Below are positions 1 through 8,832 of a DNA stretch of 64,000 bases, in pieces (the first letter of the stretch is position 1; the number at the start of each line of letters is the position of its first letter). The notes beneath the pieces are model-generated. The model made no database searches, was not told the origin of the DNA, and worked only from the letters and a program-made list of their open reading frames with translations. Made by a program: the position numbers and the translations under genes. The DNA is taken from the IMG/VR virus record IMGVR_UViG_3300028797_000097, one strand, 5' to 3'. The stretch is from a virus. Taxonomy: Duplodnaviria > Heunggongvirae > Uroviricota > Caudoviricetes.

Positions 1-554
1 CTATTCATGATTCCAGCTAATTCTTCACCTTTATCATAAGCTTGATAAACAGATTGTGCTTGTGATGTTATAGTATCAGAAAGTCTAAAATATTGTGGTG
101 TTGTTACAAAAATTAATAAACGAATAATATCATTAAATGCAGAGGTATTATAATAACCATCTATTGGATATGCTCTAAATTTAAAAGATATACTTAATGG
201 TTCGGCAGATTTAGGAAATTGTTGTGTCCAACCGTCAGTTACTAATGGCGGTTTGTAAGTATTTCTTTGCTGAGCAAACATTTTCATCCACTTGTGCTGA
301 GTAAACTTCTTAATCTTTTCATTAAGAACTGCAGCAGGTGAATCACCCCAAGTAGTAGAATATGAAATTTCAGGAATTTCATCAATTATTCCAGTAACAG
401 CGGTTTTACCAGCAAGAAAATTATTCATGCTTTCCACATCTTCTTGACATGTAGTAACAGTAAGAGTAACAGTATGTGCTCTTGTGTAAGGAGAGTCGTT
501 CAAATCTATAATATTTGAGCCAGTCGGCTGATTATAATAACTAATTAATGCCAT
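1..554 (-). CDS. Structural protein, partial (baseplate or tail-tube associated, in the gp48/gp54 position). The N-terminal 184 codons are in the window and the gene continues past the window start.
   Basis: ATG at 554-552 on the minus strand. I checked the frame codon by codon and it is open to position 1. It lies directly downstream of the tape-measure-like gene. The translation begins MALISYYNQPTGSNIIDLND. Confidence 0.4.
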   Translation of the reverse strand, partial: MALISYYNQPTGSNIIDLNDSPYTRAHTVTLTVTTCQEDVESMNNFLAGKTAVTGIIDEIPEISYSTTWGDSPAAVLNEKIKKFTQHKWMKMFAQQRNTYKPPLVTDGWTQQFPKSAEPLSISFKFRAYPIDGYYNTSAFNDIIRLLIFVTTPQYFRLSDTITSQAQSVYQAYDKGEELAGIMN

Positions 555-557
555 ATA

Positions 558-2339
558 TTAATCTTCTGCTTTACCTGCTGGAACGATTGGTTCTTGGTCC
601 TTAACATACTTGAACCACTTAGATAATGTAGTATTTATAGTATCAAGTGTTGTTTTAATTGCTGCACTCTGTTCATCCTTCTGCATCTGAGAAACATACT
701 GTGCAGAAATATTGGACTGAGTATTATCCGCATTATTAATACTTGCAACAGTATTATTTTCTTTTAAGATAGTCATAACAGACTTTGCAACAGCATTACT
801 GAAGGCATCAGTTGTAGGATTCATTACATCTGACGTGACTTTATCTTTAATTTCACCAACAGCAGTTTTAATATCAGTTAATATATTAGTTATTGGAGAA
901 AGTGCTTGTTCAAATGCATTGACTGTTGGAGATGTTTTTGCTTTAGAAGTTTCAGAAGCTGTTTCTTTCTTTTCTTCTGATGCTCCGCCAAATAACCACT
1001 TAATACCTTTAATAACGGCTTTGATTAAACCGCCAAGAAGACCAACTACGAGTGTTACAACAATATCAGCTAAGAATTTGACAATTCCTATGATAGCATC
1101 ATAAATCATACCACCAATCATAGCAAATACTTCTACAATCTTCTTAACTGCTTCTACAATCTTGTCACCAAAGAGGACGAATACAAGGATAATAAATCCG
1201 AGTAATAACAAGACTGCAGCGATAATTATAAGCCAACCACCGATAGAAACAGCAAGTTTAATACCTTCGAATACAAACTTTAATTTGTTCAATGCCATTT
1301 CAGCGATATGCTCGATGGTAGTACAAATTCTCTTGAATATACCGATAGAAACAGCCATTGAGTGTTCAGAACTGGTAAATGTAATTCTTAAAATATGGAA
1401 TGCAACTTCTAAGCCCCACTTAGCAATTAAGAACATGACCTTCATTACATGGAATACAGTAGTGAGTGTTGATATTAATATTGCAGGACCTTTGAATAGC
1501 AAGAATGCAATTCCAGCATAGAATATTATTGTCTTTGTAACTTCTTCAATTTTTTCTTTTATCGGTTTTGCAAGTTTATTCCAGAATCCTTTAAAGAATG
1601 CAATACCTAAAATTATATAAGGTAGCAAGTGCATAAATACACCTGCAATTAAAGCAACAGGATTTAAAATACCTTTTAAAATCTTTCCTAAACCAGCCAT
1701 GAACTGTTTTCCATTAACTGGGAATTTTGGCGCTGGTATTTTAGGGAATTTCTTCATATCAAAGATAAGCTGACTCTGATTTCCCTTTGGATTGAGCAAA
1801 CGTTGTCTTGCATCTGCTTCTTGACGTTTCTTTTCATTTTCAACAAATGCTTTTGTTTGTTCTGTTTGCGCTTTTACTTGATCACCACTTGTTTGTCTAA
1901 TTGTTTCCTGATTATCAATAAATCCTTTTTCAACAGCTGTTTGTAAACCGTTGAATGCAGAAGCTAAAATTGGGTCCATTGCACTAGCGACGCCAGTTGT
2001 TCCTTCACCTACGAAAGATTCTACATTTTCTGATGGCGGAGTTAATGTTTCAGTTAATTGTGCATCTTGTGCAGCAGCTTCAGTTGAAACTGGTTTTTCA
2101 AAAAAATCTCGCATTATTCCAACAAGCTGATTAATACCAGTATTAATATCAACAAGAGTTACTCTTATACTATCAAGGTTAATATTAGTGCTTCCTATTC
2201 CATGTTGACATGCGGATAAAATATAATCAATGGAGGTTAAGCTTCCATAACCATTACCTTTAAGAGAACGTAATATTGCTATCTTTTCGTCCTCATCTTT
2301 AATATTTTTTTGCACCAATGCCTTATTTAACTCTGCCAT
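558..2339 (-). CDS. Tail tape-measure / baseplate hub length-determinator-like protein (gp29-like, 593 aa)
   Basis: The size matches T4 gp29 (590 aa). It has a coiled-coil N-terminal part, multiple long hydrophobic segments and a Q/E/K-rich region. It sits between hub-like and tube-like genes. TATAAATA lies 6 nt upstream on the minus strand. Confidence 0.45.
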   Translation of the reverse strand: MAELNKALVQKNIKDEDEKIAILRSLKGNGYGSLTSIDYILSACQHGIGSTNINLDSIRVTLVDINTGINQLVGIMRDFFEKPVSTEAAAQDAQLTETLTPPSENVESFVGEGTTGVASAMDPILASAFNGLQTAVEKGFIDNQETIRQTSGDQVKAQTEQTKAFVENEKKRQEADARQRLLNPKGNQSQLIFDMKKFPKIPAPKFPVNGKQFMAGLGKILKGILNPVALIAGVFMHLLPYIILGIAFFKGFWNKLAKPIKEKIEEVTKTIIFYAGIAFLLFKGPAILISTLTTVFHVMKVMFLIAKWGLEVAFHILRITFTSSEHSMAVSIGIFKRICTTIEHIAEMALNKLKFVFEGIKLAVSIGGWLIIIAAVLLLLGFIILVFVLFGDKIVEAVKKIVEVFAMIGGMIYDAIIGIVKFLADIVVTLVVGLLGGLIKAVIKGIKWLFGGASEEKKETASETSKAKTSPTVNAFEQALSPITNILTDIKTAVGEIKDKVTSDVMNPTTDAFSNAVAKSVMTILKENNTVASINNADNTQSNISAQYVSQMQKDEQSAAIKTTLDTINTTLSKWFKYVKDQEPIVPAGKAED

Positions 2340-2371
2340 ATATACTATTTATAGTTTCTGATTTTTATAAT

Positions 2372-2398
2372 AAAAAATCACTCCCAAATAGGAGTGAT
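2372..2398 (-). terminator. Rho-independent terminator hairpin (atcactcc/ggagtgat) flanked by A and T runs
   Basis: 8-bp stem with a 6-nt loop. A T-run follows on the minus strand after the end of gene 2420..3895. Confidence 0.55.
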
Positions 2399-2419
2399 TT
2401 ATATTAAATTCTGAAATTT

Positions 2420-3895
2420 TTAGAAGTATTTGCCACCATCGAAATCAGTTTTTGGTTTTAGACCTTGTTTAGAGACTCTATAATAGTAGTCATAATCGCC
2501 TTCTTTATATTCTTCAGGATTAGAAGTATAGTTTCCTTCTTCATTGAACTGCGAATAATAGGCAGAATATGGAACATTATACTGGTCACGTAAGGTTTTA
2601 TTACCAAAAGAGATTGTTTGGTCGACATTATGACCGAAACCAGATAATGACATATATTCTTTTTCAACAAGCCATTCATTGGTGTATTCAACACCCCAAA
2701 CTTCTGGATTAAAACCAGATGTTATATCTTCTGGGTCTAAATACATTGGTTTATAACCAATAACATCACCTTTCTTGACATGCTGTTCATTTATGATACA
2801 GTCAGCAGATGCATAAATTGGTCGTGTGTGCAAGATTGGTTTATCTCCACTAACTGTTTCTGTAGCAGGAATCCAAATATTTGTTACCTTTGTAAGAAGC
2901 TTTGCATCTTCTTCATAAGTAGTCAATTCATCAGTTTCCCTATAATCATATGTCGTTATGTATGCAGAAGTTTTTATTCCTTTATATTCATACGGGACAA
3001 GTTCAGTCTTTGGATTACCGTTCAATACATAAGTATGACCAACCTTTGTCTGATAAATCTTGCTGAATTCATAAGGAGTAGTTAAAGAACCGTCTTTATT
3101 ACCAAATGTTGCAGCATGATAAAGATAATCTCCTTTATTTAAAGTAATATAGGTATTAATCTTTTCAATAATCTGTGCATCTTTAATCGGCTTATAAAGG
3201 AATGCTTCCATAGTAAAGTTAAACGAAACCTTAATCTGTCTCCAGTCTTCTTCACCCATGGATTCACTTTGAATGTCCCATGTCATAGTTTCAAGTTTCA
3301 TCTTGATACTTCTACGTTTATTGAAGAACCAGAATTCCTTAACATCAAAGAATGCAGCAGGCTGGAATCTTACAGCGATTTGTTCGACAATCTGTTCAGC
3401 ATCTGTCATTTTTTCGCAGTTTGCTTCCATTGAAACAGAAATATTATATGGAACCGGTTGAACATCAGACCAGAACTTATCTTGTTGGTCACATACCAAT
3501 CCAGCATTTTCCAAATCCTTGTTATAGAATGCACGAGTTTCGTAAATGCCTTTTGCTCTTTCAGTTGCAAATTGCATACTATCCAATCTATAAGTAAGAT
3601 TTGGTAAACTTATATAATATTTGTTACCAGATTCTTGTTCAGTTCTGAAGTCATGGGACTTGTTTCTTGGACCGAATTTAATCGGAACATTGATTGTTTT
3701 GACTGGTTCACCGAACTTATTATAACGAATAACTTTCAATTCGTTAAAGAAATTCTCGAACCCGATAAACAGACTACGCATTGTGTCTGCATAGAAATAA
3801 TTTTGAGGATAACCGAAATTAGGAGCTCCATCAGCAGTTCCTTTCCAATATCCATGTAAACTTGGGTCATACCCTTCTTGTGTGTAATTTGCCAT
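2420..3895 (-). CDS. Putative baseplate hub / tail structural protein (491 aa)
   Basis: Long ORF in the structural block upstream of the tape-measure-like gene. No recognisable enzymatic motif. Confidence 0.35.
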   Translation of the reverse strand: MANYTQEGYDPSLHGYWKGTADGAPNFGYPQNYFYADTMRSLFIGFENFFNELKVIRYNKFGEPVKTINVPIKFGPRNKSHDFRTEQESGNKYYISLPNLTYRLDSMQFATERAKGIYETRAFYNKDLENAGLVCDQQDKFWSDVQPVPYNISVSMEANCEKMTDAEQIVEQIAVRFQPAAFFDVKEFWFFNKRRSIKMKLETMTWDIQSESMGEEDWRQIKVSFNFTMEAFLYKPIKDAQIIEKINTYITLNKGDYLYHAATFGNKDGSLTTPYEFSKIYQTKVGHTYVLNGNPKTELVPYEYKGIKTSAYITTYDYRETDELTTYEEDAKLLTKVTNIWIPATETVSGDKPILHTRPIYASADCIINEQHVKKGDVIGYKPMYLDPEDITSGFNPEVWGVEYTNEWLVEKEYMSLSGFGHNVDQTISFGNKTLRDQYNVPYSAYYSQFNEEGNYTSNPEEYKEGDYDYYYRVSKQGLKPKTDFDGGKYF

Positions 3896-3940
3896 AAATA
3901 ACCTTTAATTATATGATATTTATAGAATTTAAAGTCTTTT

Positions 3941-3948
3941 TATAAATA
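3941..3948 (+). promoter_or_regulatory. T4-type late promoter motif TATAAATA, 4 nt upstream of ATG 3953
   Basis: Exact TATAAATA. The same motif recurs immediately upstream of many structural genes in this window. Confidence 0.45.
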
Positions 3949-3952
3949 TATT

Positions 3953-4960
3953 ATGAAATTAAAACTAGTATATAAATGTGAAATTTGTGGATTAAATGAC
4001 TTAAATAAGCGTGGTTTAGGTACACATTTACAATTTAAACATTCTGATATTTCTAAAGAAACATATTATAAAAAATATTTAAAATGTATTGATGAAGATA
4101 CTTGTAAAGTTTGCGGGAAACCAACAAAATTTTTATCATTCAAAGTGGGATTTGCTAATTGCTGTTCAAAAGAATGTAGTAGAAAATGGAATAATAAAAG
4201 AATACAAGATAGTAATTTAGATAAATTTGGGGTTAAAACACCATTTGAGTTAAAAGAAATACAAGAAAAAGTTAAAAATACAATAAAAGAAAAATACAAT
4301 TGTGATAATATATTTCAAGTATCAGAAATAAAAGAAAAAATAAAACGGACATTAAAAGAAAAATATAATGTTGAGTACCCGTTAGAGTGTGAATTTTTTA
4401 AGAATAAAGCAAAAGAAACAACGTTTTTAAGATATGGTAATGAAAATTATAGAAATTCATTAAAAGCAGAAGAAACTTGTTTAAAAAACAACGGGGTTAG
4501 ACATCCGGCACAGTCAGGTATAATTGCGAAAAAAACAAGAAGTAAATATATTTATAATAATATAACATTTGATTCTAGTTGGGAACTTGCATATTATATT
4601 TGGTTAAAAGATCATAATATTAATTTTGAATATCATACAATAAAATTAGAATATGAATTTAATAATAATTTATATTATTATTTTCCTGATTTTTTGGTAG
4701 AAAATGATTTGATAGAAATTAAAGGCGATCAGTTTTTATCGGAAACTGGAAATTTAATTTCACCCTATAAAAATACTAATAATGAAAAATTAATTAAAAA
4801 ATTTGAATGCATGAAAAATAATAATGTAAAAATTATTTCTAAAATAGAAATAAAACCTATTATTTTATATATAAAAGAAAAATATGGAAAAAACTTTTTA
4901 AATAAATTTAGGGAGAAAAATCAGAATGTTTCAGAAAACTGCAGAACTTCGTGGTCATAA
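3953..4960 (+). CDS. Zn-finger / tandem-repeat / PD-(D/E)XK nuclease-like protein. It is either homing-endonuclease-like or a DNA-recognition subunit, and it occupies the TerS position upstream of terL.
   Basis: N-terminal C-x2-C-x12-H-x4-H (YKCEICG...HLQFKH). Tandem repeats of about 30 aa (KEKYN...SEIKEKIKRTLKEKYN). C-terminal motif PDFLVENDLIEIKGD resembling a PD-(D/E)XK core. The stop overlaps the terL start. Confidence 0.45.
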   Translation: MKLKLVYKCEICGLNDLNKRGLGTHLQFKHSDISKETYYKKYLKCIDEDTCKVCGKPTKFLSFKVGFANCCSKECSRKWNNKRIQDSNLDKFGVKTPFELKEIQEKVKNTIKEKYNCDNIFQVSEIKEKIKRTLKEKYNVEYPLECEFFKNKAKETTFLRYGNENYRNSLKAEETCLKNNGVRHPAQSGIIAKKTRSKYIYNNITFDSSWELAYYIWLKDHNINFEYHTIKLEYEFNNNLYYYFPDFLVENDLIEIKGDQFLSETGNLISPYKNTNNEKLIKKFECMKNNNVKIISKIEIKPIILYIKEKYGKNFLNKFREKNQNVSENCRTSWS

Positions 4961-5846
4961 TGAGGTCGTAGAATTAACTAAAGAACAAATGGATGAATAT
5001 GTAAAATGTTCTACAGATATTTTTTATTTTTCCAAATACTTTTATATTTTAAGTGATGAAGGTGAAGCGCCAATACATTTAAGAGAATACCAAGAACGTA
5101 TAGTTCGCTGTCTTGTTGGAAAATATTATGATAAAGAAGGTTCTATTAGAAATAATAGAATAATAATGCAAGGGCGACAGACAGGCAAGACTACTCTGGC
5201 CACATTATATATTTTATGGTATGCACTTTTTAATGGAGACAAAACTATCGCTGTTCTGGCTAACAAGGAAGACCAAGCAAAAGAAATTATGTTGAGAATT
5301 CGCTCAGCTATTTTGAAACTTCCACTTTGGTTACAACAAGGAATTAATCCTGATAGAGGTGGTTGGTCAAAAGAAAGTATCGGTTTTGATAACGGAACTA
5401 AGATATTCTGTGCTGCTTCTGGTTCTTCTGCTATTAGAGGTAAATCTGTTGACTTGATGCTTGTCGACGAATTTGCATTCTTGCCTGAAGAAGAAGCTAA
5501 GGACTTCATTAAGTCTGTTTTCCCTACCCAATCTGGTAGAAAGGATGCTATGATGATTCTTATTTCTACACCGCATGGTATGAATGAATTTTATAACATC
5601 TGGATGAAAGCTATTTCTGGTGCAAGTTCTTATGTTCCTGCAAAGATTCAATGGTATGAAATTCCTGGAAGAGATGAAGCTTGGAAGAAGAGAATGATTC
5701 GAGACTTCGGTATTCAGATGTTCCAACAGGAATATGCTTGTTTAACTGGAGAACATAAAATAACAGTTCGATCCGAGGAAGGAATCGAACTAACGGAACC
5801 GATTTCAAAACTATATGAACTTTGGATGGACGGTTTCTTAAGATAA
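4926..5846 (+). CDS. terL: Terminase large subunit, ATPase domain only (gp17-like N-terminal domain, 306 aa)
   Basis: Walker A QGRQTGKTT, Walker B DLMLVDEFAF, coupling motif ILISTPHG and the FQQEYACL motif match the T4 gp17 ATPase. The ORF stops where the RNase-H-like nuclease domain would start. Confidence 0.8.
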   Translation: MFQKTAELRGHNEVVELTKEQMDEYVKCSTDIFYFSKYFYILSDEGEAPIHLREYQERIVRCLVGKYYDKEGSIRNNRIIMQGRQTGKTTLATLYILWYALFNGDKTIAVLANKEDQAKEIMLRIRSAILKLPLWLQQGINPDRGGWSKESIGFDNGTKIFCAASGSSAIRGKSVDLMLVDEFAFLPEEEAKDFIKSVFPTQSGRKDAMMILISTPHGMNEFYNIWMKAISGASSYVPAKIQWYEIPGRDEAWKKRMIRDFGIQMFQQEYACLTGEHKITVRSEEGIELTEPISKLYELWMDGFLR

Positions 5847-5849
5847 AAA

Positions 5850-5880
5850 TAAAATCACCTTTAAAGGTGATTTTTTATTT
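5850..5880. terminator. Bidirectional rho-independent terminator shared by convergent genes
   Basis: Hairpin atcacc-tttaaa-ggtgat flanked by an A-run and a T-run. The minus-strand stop of gene 5875..6738 lies inside the T-run. Confidence 0.6.
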
Positions 5881-6738
5881 TCGTTTAAACGGATTTAATA
5901 ATTTTGTATATTCATTTTCAGGATAATCTATTGATTTATCAGTAGGTTGATCCTTATATTTTAAATTTTCTACACTATCTATTCTTGTTCTATTTAATTT
6001 TTCTTCCCATTCATCTAATGAACGATGATAATAATGGAACAATCTAATATCACAATTTGATACATTTATTTTTGCTTTTGGTCCTACAACTTTTGGTTCA
6101 AATGTTGTATTATTTGGTAGTGTTACAGGATAATTATTAATAAAATGTGGATATACAAATTTTATATGGTCCATAGTATTTTTTAAAAATCTATGAATAA
6201 ATGGTTTTACATCAACAAATGTTTCTTGATTATATTTTTCACTGACATACTTACAATCATCAATCATTGGTTTTTGTCTTGTTTTTGGTGTTTTAGATGA
6301 TTTATAAGAAATATTTGTTCTAGGAACACCAAATTGATAAATATCATTTTCATTTAATTTTTTTAAATAATCATTTATTGTTTTATATTTTGTTTTATCA
6401 AACCATAGATATTCGTCATCATCACAGAAAAATTGATATGTGTATTTATTATTTGTATTAACATATCTAGTATAATAATATTGTTGAACATTTAAAAATT
6501 TAGATTTATCATATAATAAAACAACATCTACTTTTTCATTATCTTTAAATTTTTCTTTTATATTACAACAATTACTTTCATTATCTACAATAATAATATG
6601 GTCAAATCCACACCAATTTAAATAGTGGTCAACCCATGAATCTATATCGCATTTTTTATATAATTTTGTTATTAATATAACTTCAGAAGAAATTGGTTTT
6701 GTTTTATATGGATTTTTCAATTCACTAGTTCTAAACAT
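5875..6738 (-). CDS. Putative GT-A fold glycosyltransferase
   Basis: HIIIVDNESN (GT2-like nucleotide-sugar binding motif) and an acidic FCDDDEYLW (DXD-like) motif. Confidence 0.35.
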   Translation of the reverse strand: MFRTSELKNPYKTKPISSEVILITKLYKKCDIDSWVDHYLNWCGFDHIIIVDNESNCCNIKEKFKDNEKVDVVLLYDKSKFLNVQQYYYTRYVNTNNKYTYQFFCDDDEYLWFDKTKYKTINDYLKKLNENDIYQFGVPRTNISYKSSKTPKTRQKPMIDDCKYVSEKYNQETFVDVKPFIHRFLKNTMDHIKFVYPHFINNYPVTLPNNTTFEPKVVGPKAKINVSNCDIRLFHYYHRSLDEWEEKLNRTRIDSVENLKYKDQPTDKSIDYPENEYTKLLNPFKRK

Positions 6739-6748
6739 TTTTCACCTA

Positions 6749-7525
6749 TTAAATTACACTTTGATATTGTTCAGCAAAAGTTCTGAAAATTTCAATATAC
6801 ATCTTAATTATATTAACTGTTTCTTTTGCACTGAACTGATTATTCTTAAATCCATCAGAGTCAATAAAATCTATCTTTAATTTGACCGTAGCATATACAG
6901 AACGCTGATTTACTGAATACCCTAGTATATCTATTCTGGAACCATTATCGACGTTCTGGCGCACGTATGGAGCGAAATATTTATTTAATTGCTTAATATA
7001 ACTCTTAACATCTGTATTTATTTCATTACGCATTTCAAAGATTTTAATTTTTAAAACAGCAAAAGCTTCAGTCTTAGTAACTTCGACACCTTTTAAGGCA
7101 CAATTATCAATATTGTGAACTAATAATAAAAGTTGATTTTTTAACAATATATTATCAGCCTTTTTCTTATCGACTTTTATAGTATTCTTTTTAAGCTGTT
7201 CAAGGCAATAATTTGTTGGGACCATCGCATTATAGCCTTCATTGTAAAAATTAACAACAGATTCCATAAGTTCTCTTGGCATCTTAATTATATTATAACC
7301 AAAAGTTCTGACATTTCTTACTATTTTATCATAATATTTTGAAAATTCATTATTTTGAGAATTCTCATTAAGCGAGATAGAAGAACGAATAAAATCAATG
7401 GGGTTAACGTCATTAATATAAGCTTCAAACATTTTTTCCATGTTAAGCTTAACATCTTTATTGAGATGCTTAGCCTTTCTTTCCATAATTTTTTCGACTT
7501 CTTGTTTATAATCTAAAAATTCCAT
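6749..7525 (-). CDS. Hypothetical protein (258 aa), late-promoter driven
   Basis: ORF with TATAAATA about 30 nt upstream on the minus strand (7556-7563). Confidence 0.45.
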   Translation of the reverse strand: MEFLDYKQEVEKIMERKAKHLNKDVKLNMEKMFEAYINDVNPIDFIRSSISLNENSQNNEFSKYYDKIVRNVRTFGYNIIKMPRELMESVVNFYNEGYNAMVPTNYCLEQLKKNTIKVDKKKADNILLKNQLLLLVHNIDNCALKGVEVTKTEAFAVLKIKIFEMRNEINTDVKSYIKQLNKYFAPYVRQNVDNGSRIDILGYSVNQRSVYATVKLKIDFIDSDGFKNNQFSAKETVNIIKMYIEIFRTFAEQYQSVI

Positions 7526-7636
7526 AAGTTTCGTGTCCCAATAGTAGTCTTTTATTATTTATAGTTTAGGGGTTTACAATTATTTTGAAAAATGTTATAT
7601 TTAGGTCAAACACTTAACAAAAAGGAAAAATCATCT

Positions 7637-8413
7637 ATGAAAAAAATCTATTCAATCTTTATTATGTTGGCGTTTGCACTCTTTACGGGTTGTACGACAG
7701 TCGACGAAACCGAAAGAGCAGTTGTTCTTGAATTCGGTAAGTACAGCGAAACTTTCGGACCAGGATTGCACTTCTATAATGTGTTCATGAAGAGCATTGT
7801 TACGATTCCCGTCAAAACACAGCTTGAAGCAAGCACATTCGAAGCAGGTTCTAAGGACCTTCAGCAAGTTGTTGTATCGTCAAACGTTAACTATCACGTA
7901 GATCCGCAAGCAGTTGGTAAGGTATATTCGAATTATGGTGTAAATTATGTTCAGACTATTCTTCAGCCTAAAATTAAGGAAACGGTTACGTCTATTACAC
8001 CACAGTATGTCCCTGAAGAAATGTTGCAGAAGCGAGAAGAAATTAATATTAGAATGAAAAATGCATTGAAGGCAAAGCTTGATTCTGCAGATGCACATAT
8101 TGTTATCGATGGTTTTACTGTAACTGGTTTCCAATTTACTCCTGCATTTAATTCTGCTATTGAAGAAAAGCAGGTTGCAGAACAGAAGGCATTGAAGGAA
8201 AAGAACGTTCTTAAGCAGATTGAATATCAGAATGAACAGAAGGTCGCAAAGGCAAGAGCTGATTCTACCGAAATGGCAATTAAGATGGCAACATTGAAGT
8301 CCCAGTCTGGCAAGGAATACTTGATGCTCAAGTGGATTGAAAAGTGGAATGGTCAGTTGCCGAATATGATGCCTGGTGATAACAAGATTATCCCAATGGT
8401 TAATGGACTTTAA
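7637..8413 (+). CDS. SPFH/band-7 (prohibitin/HflC-like) lipoprotein
   Basis: RBS aaagga is 7 nt before ATG 7637. Signal peptide MKKIYSIFIMLAFALFTGC with a Cys lipobox. SPFH core (VVLEFGKYSETFGPGLHF...). The annotated 7592 start overlaps a promoter-like repeat. Confidence 0.7.
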   Translation: MKKIYSIFIMLAFALFTGCTTVDETERAVVLEFGKYSETFGPGLHFYNVFMKSIVTIPVKTQLEASTFEAGSKDLQQVVVSSNVNYHVDPQAVGKVYSNYGVNYVQTILQPKIKETVTSITPQYVPEEMLQKREEINIRMKNALKAKLDSADAHIVIDGFTVTGFQFTPAFNSAIEEKQVAEQKALKEKNVLKQIEYQNEQKVAKARADSTEMAIKMATLKSQSGKEYLMLKWIEKWNGQLPNMMPGDNKIIPMVNGL

Positions 8414-8449
8414 AAACACCTAAAAATCTCCATATTTAGGGTCAAATCA

Positions 8450-8482
8450 AAAATACCAGTATTTTATACTGGTATTTTTTTA
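8450..8482. terminator. Bidirectional terminator (ataccagta/tactggtat stem)
   Basis: 9-bp stem flanked by A and T runs between convergent genes. Confidence 0.6.
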
Positions 8483-8824
8483 TTTTTTATTATTATTTCT
8501 ATTATTTTTTGTCTTACTTAATCGCCACTTTAGAAAGTCTCTTACTTTTTGTAAATCTGGATATTTAACGACTTGGTTTTCTGTAATATCATTCCAAATG
8601 TCCATATAACCGTTATACCAGCAGATAAACCACCAATAGTTTTGTGTCCCATACGCACGATATGAAATAATATCTGGACGACATTCATCCATTTTTCTTA
8701 CAAACAGATAAGATTCTTTACCAAAGTCATATCCGTCTTGGAAGAAAGAACCTAAGTCATATTGGGCAATATTATCAACCAATTCTTTATTTAAAAAGTT
8801 TGTTCTACTAGTTATATTATCCAT
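8480..8824 (-). CDS. LysM-like phage tail/baseplate protein (tail protein X-like)
   Basis: RPDIISYRAYGTQNYWWFICWYNG...NQVVKYPDL resembles LysM-like tail-X family motifs. TATAAATA lies 5 nt upstream. Confidence 0.35.
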   Translation of the reverse strand: MDNITSRTNFLNKELVDNIAQYDLGSFFQDGYDFGKESYLFVRKMDECRPDIISYRAYGTQNYWWFICWYNGYMDIWNDITENQVVKYPDLQKVRDFLKWRLSKTKNNRNNNKK

Positions 8825-8832
8825 ATTATTAT

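Noticed and set aside
835-1521. ORFs 835..1104 and 1162..1521 on the plus strand, inside the tape-measure-like gene
   Set aside because: Antisense ORFs with low-complexity hydrophobic or Ser/Thr-rich translations, typical of AT-rich spurious frames. No RBS or promoter.
5846-5880. Frameshifted continuation of terL into a nuclease domain
   Set aside because: The stop is followed within 4 nt by a terminator hairpin and the stop of a convergent gene. No downstream plus-strand coding capacity.
7592-7636. Upstream ATG start for the SPFH lipoprotein
   Set aside because: The first 15 codons overlap the promoter-like repeat and lack an RBS. ATG 7637 has an RBS and starts a canonical signal peptide.
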